A stretch of 63,301 bases of DNA, the filler included, from Reclinomonas americana ATCC 50394 (lineage: Eukaryota), in NCBI GenBank assembly GCA_048213135.1. It is 4 parts of 2 records of this genome, joined end to end, with 100 filler letters (N's around TTAATTAATTAA, not from the genome) between each part and the next. Parts side by side here need not be neighbours in the genome. Positions count along the whole stretch, not along the records: positions 1 to 28,493 come from PS015261.1; positions 28,594 to 40,854 come from PS015261.1; 2 more parts are not named here. The stretch is one strand, 5' to 3'. Shown here in pieces: positions 16,594-37,796 of the stretch. Numbering within the stretch: position 1 is the first letter of the stretch; each line of letters opens with the position of its first letter. The notes beneath the pieces are model-generated. The model had not been told where the DNA came from. It searched no databases and saw nothing but the letters and a program-made list of their open reading frames with translations. Made by a program: the position numbers and the translations under genes.

Positions 16594-19500
16594 TCACTGC
16601 ATTCACTGTTCACACTCACTGCCCTCACTCACTCACTCTCTCCTCTGCTCTTTGCCCTCTTTCTCCTCTCTTACATCACACAGTTTTGTTTCTCTCTGTC
16701 TCTCTCTTTCTCTTTAGAGTTTAGGCGCGTGAGTTATCTTTGTTTGTTGTCTTTTTTTTTTGTTGTCGCTCTCATCGCTGCTCCAGCAATATCACGCTGA
16801 CATGTTCTTCTTGTGTGTGCAGGGGACGCGGGTCGTATGGAACAGGTGCGTTGCTGCTGCTGGATTTCGGATTGTATCTCTGGAGTTCTTTCGCTCTTGT
16901 TTTGTTCCTTATCCTTCCTCTTTATCGCCGTGGTCTTCCTGCTCTCTGCGCTCCTTACCTCTCATTGTGGTCCGTTGCATCTCGCTGTGCTGCATGCTTT
17001 CGCCGTGCGCTCCTTCCCTGTCGCTCCTTCCTCACGCTGCGGACCACCTCTCTCGATGTACTCCGTTCCTCTTGCTTTCTCCTTCGCCCTCATCGTACTC
17101 TCCGCTGAACTGCTTTCCTCCAGCTGTGTTCTATCCCTCTCGCAGTTCTGCATCTCTCTTGCTGTACCCCTTGATCTTGCTGCTCTCCATCTCTCTCGCG
17201 CTGTGCTTCTTTCGCCCGCTGCGCTCCTTCCCTCGTTGTTTTCCATCCCTTCCGCCTGCTCCTCGTCGTGCTTCTCTCCTCCCCCTTTTCCCTTCTCTCC
17301 TCTCCTTCCCCTGTNNNNNNNNNNNNNNNNNNNNNNNNNNNNNNNNNNNNNNNNNNNNNNNNNNNNNNNNNNNNNNNNNNNNNNNNNNNNNNNNNNNNNN
17401 NNNNNNNNNNNNNNNNNNNNNNNNNNNNNNNNNNNNNNNNNNNNNNNNNNNNNNNNNNNNNNNNNNNNNNNNNNNNNNNNNNNNNNNNNNNNNNNNNNNN
17501 NNNNNNNNNNNNNNNNNNNNNNNNNNNNNNNNNNNNNNNNNNNNNNNNNNNNNNNNNNNNNNNNNNNNNNNNNNNNNNNNNNNNNNNNNNNNNNNNNNNN
17601 NNNNNNNNNNNNNNNNNNNNNNNNNNNNNNNNNNNNNNNNNNNNNNNNNNNNNNNNNNNNNNNNNNNNNNNNNNNNNNNNNNNNNNNNNNNNNNNNNNNN
17701 NNNNNNNNNNNNNNNNNNNNNNNNNNNNNNNNNNNNNNNNNNNNNNNNNNNNNNNNNNNNNNNNNNNNNNNNNNNNNNNNNNNNNNNNNNNNNNNNNNNN
17801 NNNNNNNNNNNNNNNNNNNNNCGTCCGTCGTCGTCGTTCTTTCCGTCCCGTCCGTCGTCGCGTCTTCCCTTCCTTCGTTTCTCCTCCTCCCTCCTCGTCC
17901 TCCTCGTCGTCGTCTCTCCCTTCCTTCCTCTCTCTCTCCCTCTCCCCCCCCCCCCCCCCCCCTCACCCCCCTTTTTCTGGCCCACAGTATGCAGAGCACG
18001 GAACCGCGAAACTGGCGAAGTGGTCGCCATCAAAAAGTTCCGCGATGTCTTCAAAGTTCCGTGAAACCCTGCTTTCCCCCCTCATCGTTCCCCTTTCGCC
18101 CGTCTCTCACACCCTTCGCTTCTCTCTCGTCAGAACCTACGACACGCAAAGAAGTTTCTGCGCGAGATCAAGCTGCTGGTGCACTTTCACGGACACGAAA
18201 ATGTTGCGCGCACACATTTGTCAACGATGCCTGCCCATCCCTCTCTCACCGCCTGCGCGCAGATCGTCTCTGTCAAAGACATTGACAAACCGCCGGACCC
18301 GTTCAATTTCAAGGACATTTACGTGGCCATGGATCTGATGGTTTGACGCCGCACAGCAATCTGTGCCTGCCTCTGCGCGTGCCTGACATGCGTGCCCCCT
18401 CCGGCTGCAGCAAACGGATTTGCATCAGGTGCTGCAGAGCTCGTTCCGACTCACCGAGGACCACATTCAGTACTTTATGTACCAGATTTGTCTCGGCTTG
18501 CAGTACATTCACAGCGCCGACGTGTTGCACAGAGACTTGGTGCGTCTCCCTCCCTCCCTCCCCCTCTCCCTTTCTCCTTCTCACTCACGCTCCTTGTGTG
18601 TGCGCCCACCGCAGAAACCAAGCAACATTCTACTCAACGAGACGTGCGATCTGAAGATCTGCGACTTTGGTCTGGCGCGCGGTCGCGGCGTGGGCGAGCA
18701 TCTCACCGAGTACGTGGTTACGCGGTATTACCGGCCGCCGGAGATTCTCATGAAGGATCGCAACTACACCAAGGCGGCGGACGTGTGGTCTGTCGGCTGC
18801 ATCTTTCTGGAAATGTACCACCGCAAGGCGGTCCTCCGAGGCGACGATCGCTACGATCAGGTGCGTGCGCTCTTGTGGAGACGAGTGGAACGCCATTGTT
18901 TTATTCATCCGTTGTTCACAGTTGCGGTTGGTGGTCAACTTTACTGGCTCCCCCGCCGAGGAGGAGTTCAGTGCCGGCGCGAGCGACGAGATGAAGGCCG
19001 AGGTGCGGTCCATGGGCTTCCTTCCACGCAGATCGGTCCGCGACTTGCTGGATCCCTCGGTGCAAATCTCGGACCTCGGTGCGCGAATTGTAGTGCAAGG
19101 GGGCGGGGCATTCATTTTTGTTGTTCCTCACACTCTTCCGTGCCTGTCGCGACAGCGTGTGACTTGATCGAACAGATGCTCCGCTTTGCACCCGGTGATC
19201 GTTGCACGATGGAGCAAGCGCTGCAGCACCCCTACTTTGAGGAACTCTTCGACATGGAGGATCTCGTTGCGTGTGCTGTGTGGGAAAGGCTGTGTCGCTC
19301 TCGATCGCTCGTACGTTGTGTCTGTGGCTCTCCTACTGTGCATTGCTCGACCTCTGCGTGTGTTCGCTGGGCATCGCCTGACAGCCTTCTTATGTGTGAG
19401 TGTCTCGATGGGGGAGTCTTGCGCTTGTGCGTCAGTGTGTCGACTCTGCGTGTGTCTCTCTCGCTGTCTGTGGCACCGTCTCTCGCACAGTGCACTGCTC

Positions 19501-20550
19501 GATCTCTGTGTGCGTTCCCTGGGCATCGCCTGACAGCCTGTTTAAGTATTTGTGTGCTGAGTCTTGCGCTCGATCGCTCGTGCGTCATTGTGTTGCTTCC
19601 TGTCTTCGGCTTCATCTCTCTCTTCGCGTTCTCACTGGGCATCGCCTGACCGCCTCTTTATGTGTGCGTGCGTGTGGTGTTGGACGAATCTTTGTTCTTC
19701 TTCCTCGCTATCACGATTCTCTCATTGGCCGTCACGGCGCCGGTGTCGTGCACTGCAGTGTGGAGGACGTGTGTGCATCTATCTACGTATGTGTGTGTGT
19801 CTCTCTCTCCGTGTGCACATATTAGATACGCGCACCACACAGTTCGTTGTCGCGACAGAGAGGAATGTGGCTCCAGTTTCTTCACTGTTATTATTATCTG
19901 TTCGGTGCTGGGTGCAGGTGTGAGGCGCCTCTCCCTGTCTCCCTCCCTTGTGTTCTCGCGTGTCTTTGCCCTCGGTTGCAGATTCTTTTATTCCGCCGTT
20001 TCGCCGTTGTGTCGACTACTTGCGATTCATCTCTCGCCTTCTGTCCGCATTCGTCTCCAACTCCGTCACTCACCTGTCGCCGCATGTGCACTTGTCCAGG
20101 CGAACGCCCCGCCCTTTGATAATGCCTTTGAGGACGTGGCCGAATCGCAGACGCACTTGCGCGGTCTGTTTCTCGAAGAAATCACCCGCTTCCGCCCCGA
20201 ATTGCCCGACGAAATTCTCAACGCGATGTACACGTTGCGTTTGCATTCGCTTGCCATGTTTCCGTGATCATCTGGGAAACCTCACTTTGGGCGTTTCAAC
20301 AGGGGCGACGTGATACCAACATTCGATCCGATGTGCTTCCCGTCGTTCGAACGTCGGCGACAGGAACGAGAGGGCGAGTTGGCAGTGATGGGTGGTGCCG
20401 CAGAGGTGTGTATCTGTGTTTTGCAAGCATGCTGTCGCACTCTCTCTCTCTCTCTCTCTCTCTCTCGCACTCGCACCCACTGTCTGCAAGCTTGCTTGAC
20501 TCTCCGTCTTCCGTGTGTTCTTGCTTTGTTTGTTCTCTTTCATTTGTCCT

Positions 20551-20594
<44 letters not shown>

Positions 20595-20997
20595 CTCGCA
20601 CACGCTGACTGCAAGCTTACTTGGCTCTCCGTCTTTTGTATGTGCTTGTTTTCTTTCTTTCTTCTCTTTCCTTTGCCCTCTCTTTCTCTCTCCCTCTCTC
20701 TTTCCTTCTCTCATTCCTCGCCCGCAGGCATCACGAATGTTGGGTGCCGAGGTGGCCGCGCAGTTGCACGACTACGCTGTGCCTGGTGGGTGGATGCAAC
20801 AGCCGCCCTACGGTGGTGGCTTCGACGCAGAAGAGGCGTACAGGGCGGCGGCTGCCGCCGGCATTGTGGGTGGTGGAATCGTCTCGGCGGTCGGCCTGGA
20901 CGATGCGGTACAGCCACCGCCAGGTCACCACCTCACATATGTGGCCGACGCCGTACCCGGCACGCCCGGTGACGCGGGTCAGATGGACTGGGAGTGA
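16059..20997 (+). CDS. Mitogen-activated protein kinase, TEY type, 12 exons
   Basis: Spliced protein contains [38 protein letters not shown], activation loop HLTEYVVTRYYRPPE, DVWSVGCI, ALQHPYF; His/Gly-rich N-terminus and a C-terminal extension. Confidence 0.95.
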
Positions 20998-21175
20998 TTC
21001 CAGCAACAACTCCAACATTAAGTATGTGATGTGCTTCCCCCCAAACAACCTGTATGACATAACGATCGACAACAATTCCATCTGTTTTTTCTCTTTCTGT
21101 ATCTCCTTCCCCTCTACTACCATTCTCAACCAAGTGTAAGTGCAAAAAAACACACAATGACAATCAGGACGCTCG

Positions 21176-28493
<7,318 letters not shown>

Positions 28494-28537
28494 NNNNNNN
28501 NNNNNNNNNNNNNNNNNNNNNNNNNNNNNNNNNNNNN

Positions 28538-28549
28538 TTAATTAATTAA
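28538..28549. other. Artificial scaffold linker TTAATTAATTAA (stop codons in all six frames)
   Basis: Identical N-flanked 12-mer also at 40899 and 57297. Confidence 0.95.
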
Positions 28550-28963
28550 NNNNNNNNNNNNNNNNNNNNNNNNNNNNNNNNNNNNNNNNNNNNGGATGGG
28601 CAGGCGGCTGGACGGGTGATGGAAGAATGGGTGGCAGGAGTGCCATGTCTTGACTGCTGAGGAGGCTGCAATAGTGGACGCGAATGACCACTCCACACAC
28701 ACACACGCTCTCTCTCTCTCTCTCTCTCTCTCTTTTGCTCACCGAAACCTCATGTTCCTCCTCTTCAACGGAGGCTCCTTGGAGGAGGTGGTTGTGGTCG
28801 CGATTGCGCATGCACGTGGTCTTGTCCACGGGCATGCAAAGTCAATCATGTCGGGCGCCTCTGTTGCTGCTCCCTCCTCCTCACACTCTCGCCGTGTGCG
28901 ATTCTCCATGAATGTGTTCACTTCAACTCGGCAAAAATGCGCGATGCTCGCGTTTCATTATTG

Positions 28964-29746
<783 letters not shown>

Positions 29747-30314
29747 TGCGAGATCAACGAGGTTGGTGAAGGAAGGCAAGGGAGGGGGAAGGAGGGGGGA
29801 AGGAGGGGGAAGGAGGGGGAAGGAGGGGGAAGGAGGGGGAAGGAGGGGGAAGGAGGGGAAGGAGGGGAAGGAGGGGACGGAGGGGAGAAGGGAGGAGGGA
29901 GGGAGGAGAGTGAGAGAGAGAGAGAGNNNNNNNNNNNNNNNNNNNNNNNNNNNNNNNNNNNNNNNNNNNNNNNNNNNNNNNNNNNNNNNNNNNNNNNNNN
30001 NNNNNNNNNNNNNNNNNNNNNNNNNNNNNNNNNNNNNNNNNNNNNNNNNNNNNNNNNNNNNNNNNNNNNNNNNNNNNNNNNNNNNNNNNNNNNNNNNNNN
30101 NNNNNNNNNNNNNNNNNNNNNNNNNNNNNNNNNNNNNNNNNNNNNNNNNNNNNNNNNNNNNNNNNNNNNNNNNNNNNNNNNNNNNNNNNNNNNNNNNNNN
30201 NNNNNNNNNNNNNNNNNNNNNNNNNNNNNNNNNNNNNNNNNNNNNNNNNNNNNNNNNNNNNNNNNNNNNNNNNNNNNNNNNNNNNNNNNNNNNNNNNACA
30301 CACACACACACACC

Positions 30315-30361
<47 letters not shown>

Positions 30362-30587
30362 GCTCACCGAAACCTCATGTTCCTCCTCTTCAACGGAGGC
30401 TCCTTGGAGGTGGTTGTGGTCGCGATTGCGCATGCACGTGGTCTTGTCCACGGGCATGCAAAGTCAATCATGTCGGGCGCCTCTGTTGCTGCTCCCTCCT
30501 CCTCACACTCTTGCCGTGTGTGATTCTCCATGAATGTGTTCACTTCAACTCGGCAAAAAATGCGCGATGCTCGCGTTTCATTATTTG

Positions 30588-33500
30588 TCACTGTAGGTCC
30601 CGCGTGAATCCGCCAAGTCGCTCCCGCAGGTCTTGCATCACGACTTTGGCGGTCTCCGATGTTGAACGCTCCTCCTCGTACAGCGACATGCATCTGCGGA
30701 GCGAGACTAGCCGATCAGTTGACTGGAGGGAGGGTTTCGAACAGGATCGTCACGCAACTGTACACCGAGTCGAAGTAATCCGTACGCCACATCTGCAGGC
30801 CACTCGCCCGCTGTGGCATCGGCCTCGCGCAATGCGTCCACTGTTTCTGGTGCGCGTTCCCAGCGCGGTGCAAGTGTCACGAGCAGTCGTGCTTCTTGGC
30901 CGGTGAGCAATTGTAGGGCGATCAAGCCGAAAGCGTACATGTCCATCGACTTGCGAATGTTGCCCGATTGCAGGAAGAGTGGATCAATGTAGTGTGGCGA
31001 TCCAGCGTGCGTCGTGGTGTGGCGGTGCGTCTGCAGTGAGGTGCATTGAGAAAAACGAAGGTTGATTGGTGCCGACGCTCTGCGCATTCTCACCTCCCCC
31101 TCGTCGAACGTGCGGGCGATACCAAAGTCGCCAAGTCGCGGCTCGCATCGGTGATCCAGGAGAATGTTTGACGGTTTCAGATCGCGGTGCACAACATCGT
31201 TCTGCAAAGGCAAGTGAGACGAAGGAGAGGGCATGCGCAAAATAGAGGGACACTCACTCGCCTGGTGCAGGAAGCACACGCCCTCGGCGATGCCGAGTCC
31301 GATTTGCACTCGCTCCACCACCGTCAGTGGCTGCATGCCGTCCTTTCGATTCAGCAGGCGCACCTCCAGGTCTTGACCACTGCGAGATCAACGAGGTTGG
31401 TGAAGGAAGGGGAGGAAGGCAAGGGAGGGGGAAGGAGGGGGAAGGAGGGGGGAAGGAGGGGGAAGGAGGGGGAAGGAGGGGGAAGAAGGGAGAAGGAGGG
31501 GGAAGANNNNNNNNNNNNNNNNNNNNNNNNNNNNNNNNNNNNNNNNNNNNNNNNNNNNNNNNNNNNNNNNNNNNNNNNNNNNNNNNNNNNNNNNNNNNNN
31601 NNNNNNNNNNNNNNNNNNNNNNNNNNNNNNNNNNNNNNNNNNNNNNNNNNNNNNNNNNNNNNNNNNNNNNNNNNNNNNNNNNNNNNNNNNNNNNNNNNNN
31701 NNNNNNNNNNNNNNNNNNNNNNNNNNNNNNNNNNNNNNNNNNNNNNNNNNNNNNNNNNNNNNNNNNNNNNNNNNNNNNNNNNNNNNNNNNNNNNNNNNNN
31801 NNNNNNNNNNNNNNNNNNNNNNNNNNNNNNNNNNNNNNNNNNNNNNNNNNNNNNNNNNNNNNNNNNNNNNNNNNNNNNNNNNNNNNNNNNNNNNNNNNNN
31901 NNNNNNNNNNNNNNNNNNNNNNNNNNNNNNNNNNNNNNNNNNNNNNNNNNNNNNNNNNNNNNNNNNNNNNNNNNNNNNNNNNNNNNNNNNNNNNNNNNNN
32001 NNNGGAGGGGGAAAAAGGGGGAAGAGGGGGAAGGGAGGAATGAAGATGGAAGGACGAGAGAAGAGACGAACACGGTAAAGCAGAGGAATGAGAAGGAGTA
32101 AAAGAAGTAGGAGAAGGAGAAAGAAGAGACGGAGAACTGCAGCATGCACAACAGCCACAAAAGGGAGGATGAGACAGTGGTCGGCAAGGCCCAGCGCACT
32201 CTCTGTCGCTCACTCCCAGTCGCCTTCTCGCTCACGATCAATGACACATTCCTCGAAATTCACACCTTCTCTCACCACAAAGCTAACAGCACATGTCTCT
32301 TACAAACTCACCGCATGGCTCGATAGACAAGACACCGCTCCCTCGCCGTACCCTCCACAAGTGCAGCGAATCCGAGCAGAGGAACTAGTCGTCGATGGTG
32401 CAGTCGGCCAATCGTATTCACCTTCAATCGTTGCAGCGTTACGGTCGGAAAACACACGCACTTCTGCCCCACCGCTCCTCCTCCACCCACCTCTGCCTCG
32501 TACGACTCGGCCGCCCACGGTGCGCTGCTGTCGAGCAGCTTGATGGCCACATCCTCTTCGTCGAGCCAGCACAGATACACTGCACCCTGACCGCCCTCCC
32601 CGGCCTTCATCTTCTTGTTGAACGATCCAGTGGCGCGCACAATATCCGCCCACGCGTACTTGCGAAGACGAGCGGGATCCGCAGCTACAATGCATGCGCG
32701 CATGAGTCCGCAAGACCGTGGAATGGCGGTTGGTCGTCCACCTACCGTAGAACAAGTTCAACTCTCTGCGCAGACGCTCGACCTCGCTGGCGAGATCGGC
32801 AGCGCGCTTCTTTTCGGCGGCAAGCGACTCCTCCACAGCCTGTTGCGCCTCTGCGCGTTGTTGCAGGTCGCGTTGCAGTCGGGCCACCCGCTCCTCCGCC
32901 GCACACGCCCTCTGCTGCATGTGTGCCACGATTTCGTCGGCCGCCAACACTTGCTCCTCAGCAGCATCCGCCCTTCGCTTCTCTCCGACCAGCCTCTCCT
33001 GCACGCGCGCCGCGTGCTGCTCCGCAGCGGCCACTTTGCGTTGCAGTTCATCGCGCTCTCGACGGACCACGGCAAGCTCGCGCTGGAGATCGGCGACAGG
33101 AGGATCGCCATCCACTGCTGGCGACGGACCGCCCTCGTCCGCCTGCGACGCCGGCTGCATCACGAACAGCACCAATGAGACTAGAGAACACCGCAGAAGC
33201 AACGCAGCAGGCTCGCACCTGATCGGATCCCTCTGCGCACCGACACAAGCTCCGGCTGAGACCACAACGAAACACGGAGGAGTGAGAGGGACGCAAGCAA
33301 ACAAACCTGGCAATCGTCGAGTCGGCGAAGGCTGCCCGACCAGCCGCCCGAGCAACTCGCTCACCGGTCGCCTGCCCTGCTCGCGAGCCAACTGCGCCGC
33401 GGTCTTGCCATGCGCATTGACGAGAGGAATGAGATCGGGGAACGCAGTGGCCAGGTGCCGCACAATCGCCTCGTGTCCATTGTAGGCCGCACAGTGCAAC

Positions 33501-33927
33501 GCCGTCGATTGCGGCTCCCACGATCGATCGTTGGTGACCGCCCGCACCATCTCCCCCGGACACCGTCGCTCATCCGCGAGCAGCCACTGCACCACATGCA
33601 CGTGTCCGTCGTTCGCCGCTCCCATCAGTGGCGTCCATCCATTGTCGTCGACCAACTGCGCGAGCTGTGGACCGACGCCACTCTCCTCCCAGAGATACTC
33701 CAGCACTGTAAGGTGGCCACTGGAGGCGGCCAGGTAGAATGCCGAGCCTCCGTCGTACATCTCCTCGCGGAGGAGGAGGGAGCGGCCGCCCTCGCGCGAC
33801 ACTAGCTCGCGCAGGGCGGCCACGTCACCGGCGCCTGCCATTCTGTACGCTCGTTTGCGAGGCGAGCTGTGGTGATGGTGAGGAGACGGGCAAAGGAGAG
33901 TTGCGTGGCAGAGCTTCGTTACCTCAT
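30588..33927 (-). CDS. Ankyrin-repeat + coiled-coil + RLK/Pelle(IRAK)-type Ser/Thr kinase
   Basis: Ankyrin repeats (GGSAFYLAASSGH, GWTPLMGAANDGH, TALHCAAYNGH), a long coiled coil, then RLRKYAWADIVRATGSF...[72 protein letters not shown]. Probable 5-nt first coding exon at 33923-33927. Confidence 0.85.
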
Positions 33928-34292
33928 GGTGGCGTGATGAAGCAAGTTGTCCGAGACCTCTGACAGGACGCATTGCTTGGATCACTTGACTCGGAACAAA
34001 GTCTGCGAGTCAACCACAGAGCTAATCGTGCAGTGATAAGGGGGAAGAGATCACATGCGATCGTGAAAACTGCCGCCAGCGAACAAGCGTCAAGGACACG
34101 AGAGATATCGAAGGTCGAGGGCGTGGATCCACTGCAGGGCGGATCGACAGGCCGCTGAGTGCTGAGTGTACGAGCTCAACGAAAGTGCCGTCTTCCACCG
34201 TCGTACGTCGCCTCTCCGTGAAACTCAACAGAAAACAACCCAACGCTGTTTACTTACAGGCTCTACCACTCCTTTCTCCCCTACGCACTCCT

Positions 34293-36705
34293 CTATTCTG
34301 GCTGCTGCTCCGCCACCGCCGTCGACACCGATGATGCTGGTGGTGGAAACACGACTCCGCTCCCCTCCGCCTCCATCTGCACCAGTGGGGACACGGCCAC
34401 GGATATTGTCTGCGGTCGCGCCGGTCGCTTGGTCACTGGCGGTGGCGCCGGCAACAGTGGCACCTCGGCACTCGCCGCCGCCGCCGCAGATTCCCGCTCT
34501 TCGTCCACCTCCTCCAGGTACGACGACTCAAACACCTCAATCACCTGATCAATGTACACATTGTAGACGAGGCTGGAGGCCTGGAAAATACAGTAGTATA
34601 GTATGCGGTTGCGGATGGCCGCGATAATCCTGCGCGACAGCGCACGCAGCATCGTCAGGAAAGGGCTAATACACACATGCATGAACACAGGCACGCGAAC
34701 CAGAAGAGATGCTCGCATCGGTACTCGACATCGTCCCACTTGCTCGACACGTCGCACTGCGCCGTGAGTTCGCACGCGTCTTGCCCGACAAAGCGGCATC
34801 GCGTGCACAGTGCAGGCTCCGACGAACGTGATATCATCTGGAGACGAGAAGAGTGAGGGTGAAAAACTACCCCAAACAACACTCCTTGTGCATTATTTCG
34901 CACCTGGCTCGACTGCTGCAGCGACATGAGCAGCGGCTCCTTCATCAGCCGCAACAGCACCACAGGATCGGTGTAGTCCGCCAGCTCCTTGGGCAGCTGT
35001 TCTCGCGACACCTTGAGAGTGGCCACTCTGCACTCACCATCAGCGAGGACGAGAGAAGAATGGCGATGGATGAGGACGACGCAACGGATCGCGCTCCAGA
35101 CTCAGCACCGCCATGTAACCGATTTCGTGGGGCGGGGCGTACTTGGAGAGGCGCGGCCGCACAATCCAGTGAGCGGGGGCGCGGAGGATGACGTCGCCGA
35201 GGTGGTGCGTAGTGAACTGCAAGAAAGGGGGAAGGGAGGGTGAGGGAAGATAGGCAAAGGGATCCAGACGGGGAGAGAGTTGGGGGAAAGAAAGCGAATG
35301 CGTGATGCGTGTTCAGCCAAGCATCATCAGTTTCTCTCTCGTACAGTCGTCGCCTCTCTCGCCATCTCTCTGCCTTTCTCCCTATTCGCTCAGTTGCATA
35401 CCCGCTCTCACTGTCCGGCAGGGGAGGTGGGAAGACGGAAGGAGAGAAAGATAAAAAAAGAGAGAGAAGAGGGAGTCCCTGCCTCTCTCTCTTTCTCACT
35501 CACGGGCATGGGAGGAGGGAAGACGGAAGGGGAGAAGAGAAGAGAAAAATTAAGAAGAAACAGAGAGGAAGTCCCTGCCTCTCACTCATTCTCACTCTCG
35601 GGCATGGGAGGAGGGCGACGGGAGGAAAACAAGGTGGTACAAGAAACGATGGAAAGAGAGAGTGAGAGAGAAAGTGTGTGCATGATGAAGGAAGTCAGGA
35701 AGCGAGCAATGCACATCTCGACATCTTTGTGCATATGTAGACAGAAAGAGGACGAATGCGGCGGGCACGAAACACTTGCAGCGGAACTGTCACAGAAATT
35801 TTGAGGAAGCGTTCAACTGCACGCACTGAATGCATCCTTGTCCCACTCGGTGAAAGTAGGCGATGACGTGAATGAGACACGCACAAGAGTGTGAACGATC
35901 GCGCACAGTTGTGCATTCGTGCTATCGTCAGCAGCCCCACTAACCGCCTCCACCGGCCCTGCCGTGCGCCGCAGATCGTCCTCCATGGCTTTCCTCACTT
36001 CGTCGTCCAGCTCAGGCAGCGCTGCCAGTGGACTCTCCAGAAGCTCGACTGCGCACATCGGAGATGGTCAACAATGAGTGCACGGCCGATACGATGCAGG
36101 GAGAAGAGAGTATCATCTCCTTTTCTCTCTCTCCTTCTCCCTCTCTCTCTCTGTCATAGTCTCTCTCTCCCTCCCTCTCTTTCACACTCTCTTTCTCTCT
36201 CACACACTCGCGATCACTATCTCTCGCTGTCATAGTCTCTCTCTCGCTCACTTTCTGTGTGTGCGTGTGTCTCTCCCTCCCTCCCTCTTCTCCCCTCTCT
36301 CCCTTGTCCACTCACACGTGGTCGACGATCGGAACGGATCGCGAGGCACCGTCTCCTTCAGCCCCGCAGCCTCCAAAAACGCATCGCGCCACCGCAACGC
36401 CTCTGCCATGTCATCAAACGCTGCAAAATGCGTGTGCGTCTGCGCAAAGAGCGCCACGCAATTGGCTCGACGATCGCTGAGACGGGCGTCGGTCAGCTGC
36501 GACAGCGGCCAGGTGCCCTTCATCACTCGACACTGTGTGGCGCGTGAGTGAGGGGGACGAATGGAGTCACCATCCGGGAGGGCAGAATAACCTTGTCGTC
36601 GACAAAGTAGTCCAAGCGGGCGCCCTCCGCACCGCCGGCATGCAGCACCATCCAGCGGCGTTTCCAGTTCTTGACAATGCCCGAGGCGCGCTTCCATCCA
36701 AAACC
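34293..36705 (-). CDS. PH-domain-containing hypothetical protein (5' exon not identified)
   Basis: GFGWKRASGIVKNWKRRWMVL...LDYFVDDK|CRVMKGTWPL...EALRWRDAF is a typical PH domain; several downstream exons; stop at 34293. Confidence 0.68.
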
Positions 36706-36809
36706 CTGGAAAGAGGGGCGAAGAGGGGGTGAGAGAGGGAAGGAAAGAGAAGGAGAGCGCGAGGTGAAGACAAGTGATGACGGAAATCTGCGTCTGGTGG
36801 TCTCCGATG

Positions 36810-37060
<251 letters not shown>

Positions 37061-37387
37061 NNNNNNNNNNNNNNNNNNNNTTTACCCGGAACGGGCGACG
37101 AGAACCCTAAGTTCGTCGCCAAGAAGTCGATAGGCGCTCGCCGACGCGGGGGCGTAGAGACCGAGTCGAGAGGAGTAGAGAGAGAAAGGGAGAGCAAGAG
37201 TGGGAGAGTGCGAGACAAGTGGGAGGGAGAAGGAAAGTGACAGGAGAGAAGGAGAGCGCGAGGGAAGACTGAGGAGGAAGGGAGGGAGAGGGACGAATGA
37301 AGTGAGGAGAGCACGAGGAGAAGACAAGTGATTGCTGAAATCATGGTAGTCTCTCATGCTGTGAGAGTGGTGAGAGACTCTGTGAGC

Positions 37388-37431
<44 letters not shown>

Positions 37432-37624
37432 AAGAGAAAGAGAGAGGAGGGAGGGGGAGGGGGTCTGTGTCTCATGACTCAAATGAGAGAATGCACGCCC
37501 AATCGCCACTGACTATCCTCAAAGCCAACACCAACACCGAGAGACAATGAAACAGGAGAATAGAGAGAGAGATGAGAAACAGAGAATGAGAAGAGAGAGA
37601 GACGAGAATGAGAAACAGATCGAG

Positions 37625-37655
<31 letters not shown>

Positions 37656-37796
37656 CACCGCCTACACCCTCTGCTGCTCTCTCGCCTGTGCGCACACACA
37701 CCGCACCTCGCGTACAACTCTCTCCGCCATTCTGTCACACTCCTGTTCGTTGTCACACGGGTGTCCTACACTCTCCAACTCTTCCTCCTTCGCGCA

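Noticed and set aside
18203-18262. Non-GT (TT...) introns as an explanation of the GTTGCG sites
   Set aside because: In the homology-anchored cases a GT...AG intron restores frame and conserved residues; moving the cut would also destroy the AG acceptor.
28538-28549. Palindromic TTAATTAATTAA islands (also 40899 and 57297) as a biological motif or piggyBac target
   Set aside because: Identical, symmetrically N-flanked, with stops in six frames: an artificial linker. Gene adjacency across these points has no biological meaning.
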